Positions 40,861 through 50,964 of a DNA stretch of 64,000 bases are shown one piece after another (the first letter of the stretch is position 1; the number at the start of each line of letters is the position of its first letter). The notes beneath the pieces are model-generated. The model was not told the origin of the DNA, made no database searches, and worked only from the letters and a program-made list of their open reading frames with translations. Origin of the DNA: Gammaproteobacteria bacterium (GTDB taxonomy: Bacteria > Pseudomonadota > Gammaproteobacteria > Ga0077536). The stretch is taken from NCBI GenBank assembly GCA_050184115.1, contig JBFXAQ010000002.1, positions 81,290-145,289 on the forward strand. Direction: 5' to 3'. Both the position numbers and the translations under genes were made by a program.

Positions 40861-42948
40861 ATGCCCTATCGCATCTCCGTCGACACCGGTGGCACGTTCA
40901 CCGATGTCGTCGTCACTGACGAACGTGGCCGATTCACCGTTGGCAAGGCGCTCACCGACAAGAAGCGCGCCTTCGCCAGCATCGCTGCGGGACTGGCCGT
41001 CGCCGCCGAGGAACTCGGTCTCGAGGTGCCGGCCCTGCTGGCCGAGACCAGTGTCTTCCTCTACGGCACCACGCGCGGCACCAACGGCATCGTCGAGCGC
41101 AAGATCGCGCGCACGGCCTTCCTGACCACGCAGGGCTTCCCCGACATCCTGTTGCTGAAGGAAGGCGGCAAGTCCGAGCCGCACAACCTGCGCATGGAGT
41201 ACCCGGACCCGTACGTCCCGCGCCGCCTGACCTTCGAGGTACCCGAACGCGTCAACGCCGAGGGCGGTATCGAGACGGCGCTGGACGAGGCCGCGGTGCG
41301 CGAACTGCTGGCGGGTTTCCCCGCGCGCGGCATCGAGGCCGTGGCGGTGTGCCTGCTGTGGTCGATCGCGAACCCGGCGCACGAACTGCGCGTGGGCGAA
41401 TTGATTGCCGAGTGCCTGCCCGGGGTGCCGTACACGCTCTCGCACCAGTTGAACCCCATCCTGCGCGAGTACCGGCGGGCGTCATCGACGGCCATCGACG
41501 CCTCGCTGAAACCACTGATGCAGGAATACCTGACGACCCTCGAATCCGACCTGCGCGCGGCGGGTTACGCCAACGACATCCTGGTCAGCACCTCCTTCGG
41601 CGGCGTGATGCACCTCGCCGACGTAGTGAAAAAGCCGATCTTCCTCGTCAAGTCCGGCCCGGCGATGGCGCCGGTGGCAGGGCAGGCCTACGTCGAGGCG
41701 GAAGGCCTGCCGAGCGACATCATCGTCTGCGACGCCGGTGGCACGACCTTCGACGTCAGCCTCGTGCGCGACGGCGAGGTCGAGTTCTCGCGCGACACCT
41801 GGCTCGGGCCGCAATGGACGGGCGACAACCTCGGCATGGCCTCGGTGGCGGTGCATTCCATCGGCGCCGGCGGCGGCTCGATCGCCTGGGTCGACTCGGG
41901 CGGCCTCCTGCGCGTCGGCCCGCACTCGGCCGGCTCGGAACCGGGCCCGGCCTGCTACGGCCGCGGCGGCGAAGAACCGACGGTGACCGACGCCGCGGTG
42001 GTGCTCGGTTACATCGACCCGGCGCACTTCCTCGGCGGGCGCATGGCACTCGACGAGGACGCGGCGAAGCGCGTCGTCGGCAAGCTGGCGGAGACCCTGA
42101 ACGAATCGGTCGAACGGACCGCCTTCGCCATCCTCACGGTCGCCAACGAGAACATGATCGAGGCCATCAAGGAGCTGACCATCAACGAGGGCATCAACCC
42201 GTCGGAGTCCACGCTCATCGGCGGCGGCGGCGCGGGCGGACTCAACATCGTCCCCATCGCCGCCGAACTCGGCTGCCGCACGGTACTGGTACCGCGCACC
42301 GCCGGCGCCCTGTCGGCCTCCGGCATGCAGTTCTCGGACATCGTCACCGAGGCCGGGGCGAGCAAGCTCACCGCCACCGACCAGTTCGACTACGACGGTG
42401 TGAACGCTGCACTGGCGAGCATCGACGCGCAGCTCGACACCTTCGCTGCACGGCTGCGCGAACGCGGCTTCACGGACGTGCGCACGCGCTACTTCGTGGA
42501 AGCACGCTACCGCTTCCAGGTGTGGGAGCTCGAGATCGAGGTCGGACGCAACCGCTTCGAGGGCGAGGCCGACGTCGCGGCGCTCATCGAGGCCTTCCAC
42601 CAGATGCACGAGCGGGTGTTCGCCATCACCGACCCCGGCCAGGCGGTCGAGTGTCTCAACTGGCGCGGACGGCTGGTGGCGAACGTCAAGGCACCGACCC
42701 TGGAGCCGAGCCGCGCCGGCAAGACGGTCAGGGCCGAGCCCGACCGCCGCCGCCCGGCCTACTTCGCCGGTGGCCTCGTCGAGACCGCCATCTACCTCGG
42801 CGACCAGCTCGCGCCGGATGCCGTCATCGAGGGTCCGGCGATCATCGAGGAGCCGACCTCGACCCTGGTCGTCAACCCGGGAGCCACGGCACGGGTCAGC
42901 GCCGGCGGCCGTTACATCCTCACCCCGCCCGCGGAGGCCGCGCTATGA
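40861..42948 (+). CDS. hyuA: Hydantoinase/oxoprolinase family protein, A subunit (HyuA/OplA/acetone-carboxylase-beta-like)
   Basis: N-terminal ASKHA-fold signature (…RISVDTGGTFTDVVV…), 695 aa. AAGGAG RBS. Confidence 0.85.
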   Translation: MPYRISVDTGGTFTDVVVTDERGRFTVGKALTDKKRAFASIAAGLAVAAEELGLEVPALLAETSVFLYGTTRGTNGIVERKIARTAFLTTQGFPDILLLKEGGKSEPHNLRMEYPDPYVPRRLTFEVPERVNAEGGIETALDEAAVRELLAGFPARGIEAVAVCLLWSIANPAHELRVGELIAECLPGVPYTLSHQLNPILREYRRASSTAIDASLKPLMQEYLTTLESDLRAAGYANDILVSTSFGGVMHLADVVKKPIFLVKSGPAMAPVAGQAYVEAEGLPSDIIVCDAGGTTFDVSLVRDGEVEFSRDTWLGPQWTGDNLGMASVAVHSIGAGGGSIAWVDSGGLLRVGPHSAGSEPGPACYGRGGEEPTVTDAAVVLGYIDPAHFLGGRMALDEDAAKRVVGKLAETLNESVERTAFAILTVANENMIEAIKELTINEGINPSESTLIGGGGAGGLNIVPIAAELGCRTVLVPRTAGALSASGMQFSDIVTEAGASKLTATDQFDYDGVNAALASIDAQLDTFAARLRERGFTDVRTRYFVEARYRFQVWELEIEVGRNRFEGEADVAALIEAFHQMHERVFAITDPGQAVECLNWRGRLVANVKAPTLEPSRAGKTVRAEPDRRRPAYFAGGLVETAIYLGDQLAPDAVIEGPAIIEEPTSTLVVNPGATARVSAGGRYILTPPAEAAL

Positions 42949-44750
42949 ACAAGCCCGAGAACGAAGCCCAGGTCGCCTACGAGATGGACCCGGTGTTGAT
43001 GGCGGTCTTGTCGAACCGCCTCAACGCGATCGTGCGCGAGATGTCGAACACCCTGCTGCGCACCGCGCGCTCGGCGGTGCTCGCGGTGGTGCGCGACTTC
43101 TCCTGCTCCATCGTCACCGCCGACAACCAGTTGCTGTGCCCGGGCGAAGGCCTGCCGGTGCACATCTTCGGCAGCGCGCTGCAGTCGCAGTCGATGTGCG
43201 ACACGCACAAGGATCTCGCGCCGGGCGACGCCTTCCTGCACAACGATCCCTACATGGGCAACACCCACCCGGCCGATCACATGATCATGTGCCCGGTGTT
43301 CGTCGACGGCGTGCACCTGTTCACCACCTGCGCCAAGGCCCACCAGGCCGATTGCGGCAACTCCATCCCGAGCACCTACCACGCCTACGCCCGCGACATC
43401 TACGAGGAAGGTGCGCTGATCTTCCCCTGCGTGCGCGTGCAGAAGGACTACAAGGACGTCGACGACATCATCCGCATGTGCCGCCGGCGCATCCGCGTAC
43501 CGGAACAGTGGTACGGCGATTACCTCGCCACCGTCGGCGCCGCGCGCATCGGCGAACGGCGCCTCGCGGAGCTGACCCGGCGCTACGGCATCGACACCAT
43601 CCGCCAGTTCGTGCAGGACTGGTTCGCCTATTCCGAGAAACGCATGATCGAGGCCATTCGCCAGCTGCCGGCCGGGCGGCTCGAGAACGTCACGGTCTAC
43701 GACCCGCTGCCGCCGGTGCTGCCGGACGGCCTGCCGATCAAGGTCGCCATCGACATCGACCCGGACGGCGGGCGCATCGAGGTGGATCTCAGCGACAACC
43801 CCGACAACCTCGATTTCGGTCTCAACGAATCGGTCGCCTGCGCGACCAGCAACGCGCTCTGCGGCGTCTTCAACTGCCTCGACCCCGACGTCCCGCACAA
43901 CGAGGGCAGCTTCCGCCGCCTGTCGGTGAAACTGCGCAAGGGCTGTGTCACCGGCATTCCCGAGTTCCCGCATTCGTGCTCAATGGCGACGACCAACATC
44001 GGCGACCGCATCGTCAACGCCACGCAGGCCGCCTTCGCCGGCATCGGCGACGGCCACGGGCTGGCCGAAGGGGCGGTCGGCATGGGCGCCGGTGCCGGCG
44101 TCATCTCGGGCAAGGACTGGCGCCTCGGCGGCAGCCCCTACATCAACCAGGAATGGCTGGTGGTCAACGGCGGCCCGGCCACGCCGGAGACCGACGGCTG
44201 GCTCAACTACGGCCTGCCGGTCGCCGCCGGCCTCATGTACCGCGGCTCGGTCGAGGTCGACGAATCGAAGTACCCGATGCTGTTCAAGTCGCTGCGCGTG
44301 GTCGCCGGCGGTGGTGGCGCCGGCCGCTTCCGCGGCGCGCCCGGCGCCGAGGTGATCTACGGCCCGCGCCGCGACCCGATGACGGTGGTGGTGTCCTGCG
44401 ACGGCCAGGTCAACCCGCCGCAGGGCGTGCGCGGCGGCCGCGACGGACCGGCCGCCGCAACCTTCAAGGTCAGGCCGGACGGCCAGGAAGAGAAGCTGCC
44501 GGGTGTGGTCGAGTGCCGCCTCGCGCCGGGCGAATGGGTCCGCGGGGTCGACGCCGGCGGCGGTGGCTACGGTTCGCCGCTGGAACGCGATCCGGCGCGG
44601 GTGCTGAAGGACGTGCTCGAGCGCTGGGAGACCATCGAGCGTGCCCGGGATGTCTACGGGGTGGTCTTCTCGGGTCATGCCGACGACGAGAGCCTCGTCA
44701 TCGACATGGCCGCAACCCGCGCGCGTCGGGCGGAACTCGCCGCAGCCTGA
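42945..44750 (+). CDS. hyuB: Hydantoinase/oxoprolinase family protein, B subunit (HyuB/OplB-like)
   Basis: 601 aa from MNKPENE…. The ATG overlaps the hyuA stop (ATGA). Conserved HyuB blocks (…DPYMGNTHPADH…, …GGGGYGSPLERDP…). Confidence 0.85.
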   Translation: MNKPENEAQVAYEMDPVLMAVLSNRLNAIVREMSNTLLRTARSAVLAVVRDFSCSIVTADNQLLCPGEGLPVHIFGSALQSQSMCDTHKDLAPGDAFLHNDPYMGNTHPADHMIMCPVFVDGVHLFTTCAKAHQADCGNSIPSTYHAYARDIYEEGALIFPCVRVQKDYKDVDDIIRMCRRRIRVPEQWYGDYLATVGAARIGERRLAELTRRYGIDTIRQFVQDWFAYSEKRMIEAIRQLPAGRLENVTVYDPLPPVLPDGLPIKVAIDIDPDGGRIEVDLSDNPDNLDFGLNESVACATSNALCGVFNCLDPDVPHNEGSFRRLSVKLRKGCVTGIPEFPHSCSMATTNIGDRIVNATQAAFAGIGDGHGLAEGAVGMGAGAGVISGKDWRLGGSPYINQEWLVVNGGPATPETDGWLNYGLPVAAGLMYRGSVEVDESKYPMLFKSLRVVAGGGGAGRFRGAPGAEVIYGPRRDPMTVVVSCDGQVNPPQGVRGGRDGPAAATFKVRPDGQEEKLPGVVECRLAPGEWVRGVDAGGGGYGSPLERDPARVLKDVLERWETIERARDVYGVVFSGHADDESLVIDMAATRARRAELAAA

Positions 44751-44800
44751 ACGTGCACGACAGCCGCGGTGCACCCGTGCCGTGGCTGCACCGGCCCAGC
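44751..44800. terminator. Hairpin between the convergent hyuB copies (stem CGGTGCA/TGCACCG, loop of about 13 nt). Possible bidirectional terminator.
   Basis: Inverted repeat read from the sequence at the centre of the large hyuB palindrome. No U-tract. Confidence 0.35.
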
Positions 44801-46597
44801 TCAGCGCATGGCTGCGCGCCGTGCCAGAGTCGCGGCGACATCGACGGCGAGCGTGTCGCTGTCGACGTCGCCCAGCAGCTCCACGCCGTAGATCGCCTGC
44901 GCACGTTCTACGGTCTCCCATTTCTCGCGCACGTCGCGCAGCACGCGCGCCGGATCGCGTTCCAGCGGCGAACCGTAGCCACCGCCCCCCGCTTCGACCC
45001 CGCGCACGCACTCGCCCGCAGCCAGCGTCAGCTCGACCGTGCCGGGCAGCTGTTCCTCGCGGCCATCGGCATGCACCTTGTAGGTCCTTGCGCCCGGTCC
45101 GTCGTGGCCGCCGCGCACGCCCTGCGGCGGGTTGACCTGGCCGTCGCACATCGTCACCACCGTCATCGGGTCGCGGCGCGGCCCATACATGACGTCGGCG
45201 CCAGGCGCGCCGCGGAAGCGGCCGGCCCCGCCGCCGCCTGCGCGCACGCGCAGGTGTCGAACCAGGATGGGGTGCTTGGATTCCTCGACTTCGACCGAGC
45301 CGCGATAGATGAGACCCCCGGCCACCGGCAGGCCGTAGTTGAGCCAGCCGTCGCTGACCGGGGTGCCTGGCCCGCCGTTGACCACCAGCCATTCTTGGTT
45401 GATGTAGGGTTTGCCGCCCGTGCGCCAGTCCCTGCCCGAGATGACCGCGGCCGCGGGGCCGATGCCCATCGCCCCTTCGGCCAGGCCGTGGCCTTCACCG
45501 ATGCCCGCGAAGGCCGACTGCACGGCATTGACGATGCGGTCGCCGATGTTGGTCGTCGCCATCGAACAGGAATGCGGGAACTCCGGAACGCCGGTGACGC
45601 AACCGTCGCGCAGCTTGACCGTCAGCCGTGCGAAGGAACCGGCGTTGTGTGGCACCGTGGGGTCGATGCAGTTGAACACGCCGCACAGCGCGTTGCTGGT
45701 CGCACAGGCCACCGATTCGTTCAGACCGAACGCCAGGTTGTCGGCATTGTCGGTGAGATCGACCTCGATGTGGCCGGCGTCCGGGTCGACCGTCACCGCG
45801 ACTTTGATCGGCAAACCGTGTGGGATCGCCGGTGGCAACGGATCGTAGACGCTGGTGCTTTCCAGGCGCCCTGCCGGCAGCTCGCGGATGGCCTCGACCA
45901 TGCGCTTCTCGGAGTAGGCGAACCAGTCCTCGACGAAGCGCCGGATGGTGTCGACGCCGTAGCGCCGGGTCAGTTCGACCAGCCGCCGCTCGCCGATGCG
46001 CGCGGCACCGACGGTGGCGAGGTAGTCGCCGTACCACTGCTCGGGCACGCGGATGCGCCGCCGGCACATGCGGATGATGTCGTCGATGTCCTTGTAGTCC
46101 TTCTGCACCCGTACGCAGGGAAAGATCAAGGCACCTTCCTCGTAGATGTCGCGCGCCGTTGCGTGGTAGGTGCTGGGGATGGAGTTGCCGCAGTCGGCCT
46201 GGTGGGCCTTGGCGCAGGCCGTGAACAGGTGCACACCGTCGACGAACACCGGCACCATGAACATGTGGTCGGCCGGGTGGGTGTTGCCCATGTAGGGGTC
46301 GTTGTGCAGGAAGGCGTCGCCCGGCGCGAGGTCGTCGTGCAACTCGCACATCACCTTCGTCTGCAGGTTGGAGCCGAAGATGTGCACCGGCACCCCCTCG
46401 CCCGGGCACAGCAGGCGGTTGTCCGCGGTCACCAACGAGCATGAGAAATCGCGTACCACCGCGAGCACCGCCGAGCGCGCGGTGCGCAGCAGGGTGTTGG
46501 TCATCTCGCGCACGATGGCGTTGAGGCGGTTCGACAAGACCGCCATCAGCATGGGGTCGAGTTCGTAGCCGATGCCTTCGTTGTTCTGGTCGTTCAT
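44801..46597 (-). CDS. Second hydantoinase/oxoprolinase B-subunit paralog (about 85% aa identity to the upstream hyuB), convergent and without its own A subunit
   Basis: 598 aa starting MNDQNNEGIGYELDPMLMAVLSNRLNAIVREM…, near-colinear with HyuB at 42945-44750. GGAGG RBS 8 nt upstream. Confidence 0.85.
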   Translation of the reverse strand: MNDQNNEGIGYELDPMLMAVLSNRLNAIVREMTNTLLRTARSAVLAVVRDFSCSLVTADNRLLCPGEGVPVHIFGSNLQTKVMCELHDDLAPGDAFLHNDPYMGNTHPADHMFMVPVFVDGVHLFTACAKAHQADCGNSIPSTYHATARDIYEEGALIFPCVRVQKDYKDIDDIIRMCRRRIRVPEQWYGDYLATVGAARIGERRLVELTRRYGVDTIRRFVEDWFAYSEKRMVEAIRELPAGRLESTSVYDPLPPAIPHGLPIKVAVTVDPDAGHIEVDLTDNADNLAFGLNESVACATSNALCGVFNCIDPTVPHNAGSFARLTVKLRDGCVTGVPEFPHSCSMATTNIGDRIVNAVQSAFAGIGEGHGLAEGAMGIGPAAAVISGRDWRTGGKPYINQEWLVVNGGPGTPVSDGWLNYGLPVAGGLIYRGSVEVEESKHPILVRHLRVRAGGGGAGRFRGAPGADVMYGPRRDPMTVVTMCDGQVNPPQGVRGGHDGPGARTYKVHADGREEQLPGTVELTLAAGECVRGVEAGGGGYGSPLERDPARVLRDVREKWETVERAQAIYGVELLGDVDSDTLAVDVAATLARRAAMR

Positions 46598-46802
46598 AGC
46601 ACGGCCTCCGTGGGCGGAATGGGGACAGTACGACTAGCGGCGCCGCCCCCCGCTACGGACCCCGTAACGGCGACGGGCGTCGCGGAGGACTCCGGAACCG
46701 ATTGTCGCACGACCACTGGCGGCGTCACCCCGCGGGCACCCGGCGAGCGGTGCTTGGAGACGGCGCGGCCCCGTGCAACGGCGGCGACGTGCTTGCGGGC
46801 GG

Positions 46803-48914
46803 TCAATCACCGGGCGCGCCGCGGCCGCGGTTGCGTCCGGCGCCCGTCATCGTCGCCACCAGCTGCCGCCACGCCGGCAGGTCTTCCAGCGCCTCGACCG
46901 TCACGCCGAGCTTGCGCCGCCAGTTGGGATACTCGTCGTAGGTGCCGGGCACGTTGACCGGCGTGTCCTCGCCGCTGACGTCGTCGAGTTGGACCACTGC
47001 GAGCATGGCCGCGCTGCGCGCGACGAGTTCGTGCAGCAGGCCGGTGACGGCAGCGGCATCGTTGCCCGGATCGCCAAGGCCGAGTTCCGCGGCGAGCGCC
47101 AGCAGGCCGGCGCGTTCTGCCTCGCGCCGGCCGCGTTCGGCGTCGCCGAAATCCGCGTCCGGGTAGAGCGCCAGCGCCTCGCGCCGCGCGATGTCGGCGC
47201 CCGACCACAATTCGGCGACGGTCGGCATATCGTGGGTGACGACGGTGGCGAGCGCCTGCGCGGGGTACTCGTGGGGGCGCTTGAAGCTGCCGTCGCCGTC
47301 CCAGTGGCGTTCGAACAGCAGCACGCGGTAGGACAGCACGCCGCGCGCGGCGAGGGCCTCGCGCAAACCCTCGGGAACCGAGCCGAGATCCTCGCCCACC
47401 ACCAGGCAATGCTGGCGCACGCTCTCCAGCGCGAGCACCGCGGCGAGGCAGTCGAAGGGCTGGCGCAGGTAGGCGCCGTCCTCGCCGCGTCGCCCCGCCG
47501 GGATCCAGAACAGGCGGCGCAGCGCCATGACATGGTCGATGCGCAGTGCGCCGGCGTGGCGCATGTTGGCGGCCAACAACTCGGCGAAGGGGCGGTAGGC
47601 GCGCTCGGCCAGTTCGCGCGGATTCCACGGCGGCAGCCCCCAGTCCTGGCCGTTGTGGTTGAGCAGGTCGGGCGGCGCGCCGACGCTGGCGCCATGGGCG
47701 ACGAGACCACCGGCCGCCCAGCACTCGCTGCCCACCGGCGACGCCCCGACGGCGACGTCGCGGTAGAGACCGATTTCCATGCCGCCTGCGCGCGCGACCG
47801 CGGCCACCGCGGCCAGTTGCTCGTCGGCCTGCCATTGCAGCCACGCGACAAATTCGACCTCGGCCGCGTGCTCGCAGCGCCATGCCGCGACTTCGGCGCC
47901 GCGCGGATCGCGCCATGCGGCCGGCCAGCGGCGCCAGTCCGTGCTGCGGCCGTTGACGTGGCAGGCGAGGCGCAGCGCCTCACCGGTGGCGAAGTCCTCG
48001 AGCCAGTGCGCCGCGGCGCGAAACGCCTCGAACGCTGCACGGCGCGCCGGCGATGCCGCCACGCGGAAGCACTCGAAGCCGGCGCGCAGCACCGGCAGCT
48101 TGAGCGCCGCGATCGCCGCATGGTCGACCAGTGGCTCGGCCCGCGCCGCCGCCAGGCGCGACTGGAATTCCGCCTCCGCCATCAGCGCCCGTGCCAACGG
48201 CGAGGCCTGCACGTCGGGCACCGCCGTGACATCGAGGTAGAGCGGATCGAGTGCATAGCGCGACGCCGGCGCGTAGGGGCTGGCCTCGTGCGGCTCGGCG
48301 AGGTGGCGCGCGTGCAGCGGGTTGACGCCGACCAGGGCGGCACCGGCGCGCGCCGCGCTGGCGACGACGCGCGCCAGGTCGGTGAAGTCGCCCATGCCCC
48401 AGTTGCTCGCCGAGCCCAGGCTGTAGACCTGCACGGCGAGCCCCCAGCGGCGCGCGCCGCGCGCCAGCGTGTCCGGCAGCCAGGCCCGCGCCGGCGCGGC
48501 GATGACGCAGCAGCGCGTGCCGTGCGCCGGCAGGTGGAGCTGGTGGTAACCGGGTGGCAGGACCAGCCCGGTCTCGAGGCGACAGGTGACCGTGTCCGCG
48601 CCGGCGGCGTCCCCTGTCGCGATCGCGGTCGTCGTGCCCGCGTGGCAGGCCCCGCCCTCCTCGACCACTTCCCAGGCCACGACGGCGCCGGCCGCGGTGG
48701 CCGGCAGCCGGCACGCGAGGGCGAGGGGCTCGCCCACGGTCACGCAGGCGGCGGCGGGCAGCACGGCCGCGCCACCATCGCCGTCGCTCGTGGCCAGCGC
48801 GGCGAGCAGCGCGCGGGCGGTGTCCTCGCCCAGCACGCGGTGCATGCCGAGGCCGTCCCAGTAGTCCGGTTCGAGGCCGGCGGCGAACGCCGCGGCACGC
48901 CAGTCCTCAACCAT
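46803..48914 (-). CDS. malQ: 4-alpha-glucanotransferase (amylomaltase)
   Basis: GH77 catalytic regions (…YSLGSASNWGMGDF…, …GVNPLH…). 703 aa from [10 protein letters not shown]…. The 213-aa N-terminal extension of the ORF overlaps glgX in another frame and is rejected. Confidence 0.85.
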   Translation of the reverse strand: MVEDWRAAAFAAGLEPDYWDGLGMHRVLGEDTARALLAALATSDGDGGAAVLPAAACVTVGEPLALACRLPATAAGAVVAWEVVEEGGACHAGTTTAIATGDAAGADTVTCRLETGLVLPPGYHQLHLPAHGTRCCVIAAPARAWLPDTLARGARRWGLAVQVYSLGSASNWGMGDFTDLARVVASAARAGAALVGVNPLHARHLAEPHEASPYAPASRYALDPLYLDVTAVPDVQASPLARALMAEAEFQSRLAAARAEPLVDHAAIAALKLPVLRAGFECFRVAASPARRAAFEAFRAAAHWLEDFATGEALRLACHVNGRSTDWRRWPAAWRDPRGAEVAAWRCEHAAEVEFVAWLQWQADEQLAAVAAVARAGGMEIGLYRDVAVGASPVGSECWAAGGLVAHGASVGAPPDLLNHNGQDWGLPPWNPRELAERAYRPFAELLAANMRHAGALRIDHVMALRRLFWIPAGRRGEDGAYLRQPFDCLAAVLALESVRQHCLVVGEDLGSVPEGLREALAARGVLSYRVLLFERHWDGDGSFKRPHEYPAQALATVVTHDMPTVAELWSGADIARREALALYPDADFGDAERGRREAERAGLLALAAELGLGDPGNDAAAVTGLLHELVARSAAMLAVVQLDDVSGEDTPVNVPGTYDEYPNWRRKLGVTVEALEDLPAWRQLVATMTGAGRNRGRGAPGD

Positions 48915-50964
48915 GACCCGGCTCCACGCGCGAACGCAGCACGACGACCGCTTCGGGTGGCACCGGCAGGCGCGCGCCGGTGAGCGCCAGGCCACTCGCG
49001 CTGCTGTCGAGTACGAGCGTCCAGGCCGCGCCGGGCGCCGGTGGCAGGACGAATTCGATGGCCTGCGCGTGCGGATTGAACAGCACGGCCAGCGCCGCGT
49101 CGTCGCCGTCGTCGCGCCCGGGACGCATGCCGAAGGCGCGGCCGTCGAGCGTGTCCCAGGCCGGTGCGTCGAGCGCCGCGCCGTCGGGCCCGAACCAGTG
49201 CACGTCGGCTTCGCCGTTGTACAGCACGCCGTCCGCCAGCCAGCGCGTGCGCCGCAGGGCGCCGTGCGCGCGCCGCAGGGCGGCGAGCTCGCCGACGAAG
49301 GCACCGAGGGTGTCGTCGCAACGACTCCAGTCGATCCAGCCGAGCGCGTTGTCCTGGCACCAGGGATTGTTGTTGCCGTGCTGGCTGCGTGCGCCGTCGT
49401 CACCGGCCGGCAGCATCGGCACGCCCTGCGAGAGGTACAGCGTGGCGAGCATGGCGCGGACGAGGCGTGCGCGGCGCGCGACGATGGCGGGATCGTCGCT
49501 CGGCCCCTCCACGCCGCAGTTGGTGCTGCGGTTGCTGTCCGTGCCGTCGGCATTGTCCTGGCCGTTGGCCTCGTTGTGCTTGTGCGCGTAGGCGACGAGG
49601 TCGGCGAGGGTGAAACCGTCGTGGGCGGTGACGAAGTTGATGCCGGCGTGTGGGCTCGCGCGGTTGTGGGCGAAGAGGTCGGCCGAGCCGGCGAGGCGTC
49701 GTGCCAGTTCGCCGCGGCTCGCCTGGCCGGTCAGCCAGTAGTCGCGCACGGCATCGCGGTAGCGATCGTTCCACTCGGCGAAGGGCGGCGGAAAGGCACC
49801 GGTCGCCCAGGTCGCGATGTCCCAGGGCTCGGCGATGAGCTTGAGCCCGGCCAGCGCCGGCTCCTGGCGCAGGCAGTCGAAGAAGCTCGCGCGCGGTTCG
49901 AAGCCGTGGGCGTTGCGGCCGAGCGCGGTCGCGAGGTCGAAGCGAAAACCGTCGACGTGCATGTCCTCGGCCCAGAAGCGCAGCGAATCCATCACCAGTT
50001 GCAGCACGCGCGGGTGGTCAAGGTTGAGGGTGTTGCCGCAGCCGCTGAGGTCGATGTCGCGCGCCGGGTCGTGCGGGTCGAGGCGGTAATAGCTCGCGTT
50101 GTCGAGCCCGCGGAAGGCGTAGGTCGGACCGTCGAAACCGCCCTCGGCGGTGTGGTTGTAGACGACGTCGAGGATGACCTCGAGACCGGCCGCGTGCAGC
50201 GCCCGCACCATGTCACGGAAAGCCGTGCGCGGCTCGGCGCCGCCGGCATAGCGCGCGCTCGGTGCGAAATAGCCGAGTGTGCTGTAGCCCCAGTAGTTGA
50301 CCGCACCGCGTGCGGCCAACATGGGCTCGTCGACCATGGCCTGGATCGGCAGCAGCTCGACGGCCGTCGCGCCCATGGCGCGCAGCCGCGCGATGGCAGC
50401 CGGATGGGCGAGACCGGCATAAGTACCACGCAGGGCCGTCGGCACCGCCGGATCGAGCATGGTGAAGCCCTTGACGTGAGCCTCGCAGATCACGGTGTCA
50501 CGCCACGGCGTCGCCGGTCGACGATCGCCCTGCCAATCGAAGTCCTGCTCGTCGACGACCATCGCGCGCCAGGCGCAGGCCGCGTTGTCGCGGCCATCCG
50601 CGCGGCCGGGCCGGCGCGGGTCGGCGCCGCGGTGACGTTCGCTCCAGGCGTAAGGGCCGACCAGCGCGCGGGCATAAGGATCGAGCAGCAGCTTGTGCGG
50701 GTTGTGGCGATGCCCGGCGTGGGGGGCATACGGGCCGTGCACGCGGTAGCCGTAGACGGTGCCCGGACCGGCCTGCGGCAGGTAGGCATGCCAGACGTCG
50801 TCACTGCGCGCGCCGAGCGCGATACGGGCGCGCTCGGGGCCTGCGGCGCCTTCGAACAGGCACAGCTCGACGCGTTCGGCGTGGGCGGCGAAGAGCGCGA
50901 AGTTGACCCCCTCGCCGTCCCAGTGCGCGCCGAGCGGCCAGGGTCGGCCCGGTGCGCTCAGCAT
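48907..50964 (-). CDS. glgX: Glycogen debranching enzyme
   Basis: CBM48 plus GH13 (…[10 protein letters not shown]…, …GFRFDLA…, …EPWD…). 685 aa. Confidence 0.9.
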   Translation of the reverse strand: MLSAPGRPWPLGAHWDGEGVNFALFAAHAERVELCLFEGAAGPERARIALGARSDDVWHAYLPQAGPGTVYGYRVHGPYAPHAGHRHNPHKLLLDPYARALVGPYAWSERHRGADPRRPGRADGRDNAACAWRAMVVDEQDFDWQGDRRPATPWRDTVICEAHVKGFTMLDPAVPTALRGTYAGLAHPAAIARLRAMGATAVELLPIQAMVDEPMLAARGAVNYWGYSTLGYFAPSARYAGGAEPRTAFRDMVRALHAAGLEVILDVVYNHTAEGGFDGPTYAFRGLDNASYYRLDPHDPARDIDLSGCGNTLNLDHPRVLQLVMDSLRFWAEDMHVDGFRFDLATALGRNAHGFEPRASFFDCLRQEPALAGLKLIAEPWDIATWATGAFPPPFAEWNDRYRDAVRDYWLTGQASRGELARRLAGSADLFAHNRASPHAGINFVTAHDGFTLADLVAYAHKHNEANGQDNADGTDSNRSTNCGVEGPSDDPAIVARRARLVRAMLATLYLSQGVPMLPAGDDGARSQHGNNNPWCQDNALGWIDWSRCDDTLGAFVGELAALRRAHGALRRTRWLADGVLYNGEADVHWFGPDGAALDAPAWDTLDGRAFGMRPGRDDGDDAALAVLFNPHAQAIEFVLPPAPGAAWTLVLDSSASGLALTGARLPVPPEAVVVLRSRVEPGHG

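Larger units (their letters stand above)
42945..46597. repeat. Large imperfect inverted repeat: two hyuB copies of about 1.8 kb (about 85-90% nt identity where compared) facing each other across a spacer of about 50 bp
   Basis: Nucleotide comparison of the two 5' ends shows long identical runs (e.g. …ctgatggcggtcttgtcgaaccgcctcaacgc.atcgtgcgcgagatg…). Mirrored spurious antisense ORFs occur in both copies (42977..43243 - and 46302..46568 + encode near-identical peptides). Confidence 0.8.

Noticed and set aside
42770-46444. 1224-aa plus-strand ORF and 41349..44750 1133-aa ORF
   Set aside because: The first is antisense to the second hyuB copy. The second is real only from 42945 (hyuB), and its upstream part is an out-of-frame overlap of hyuA.
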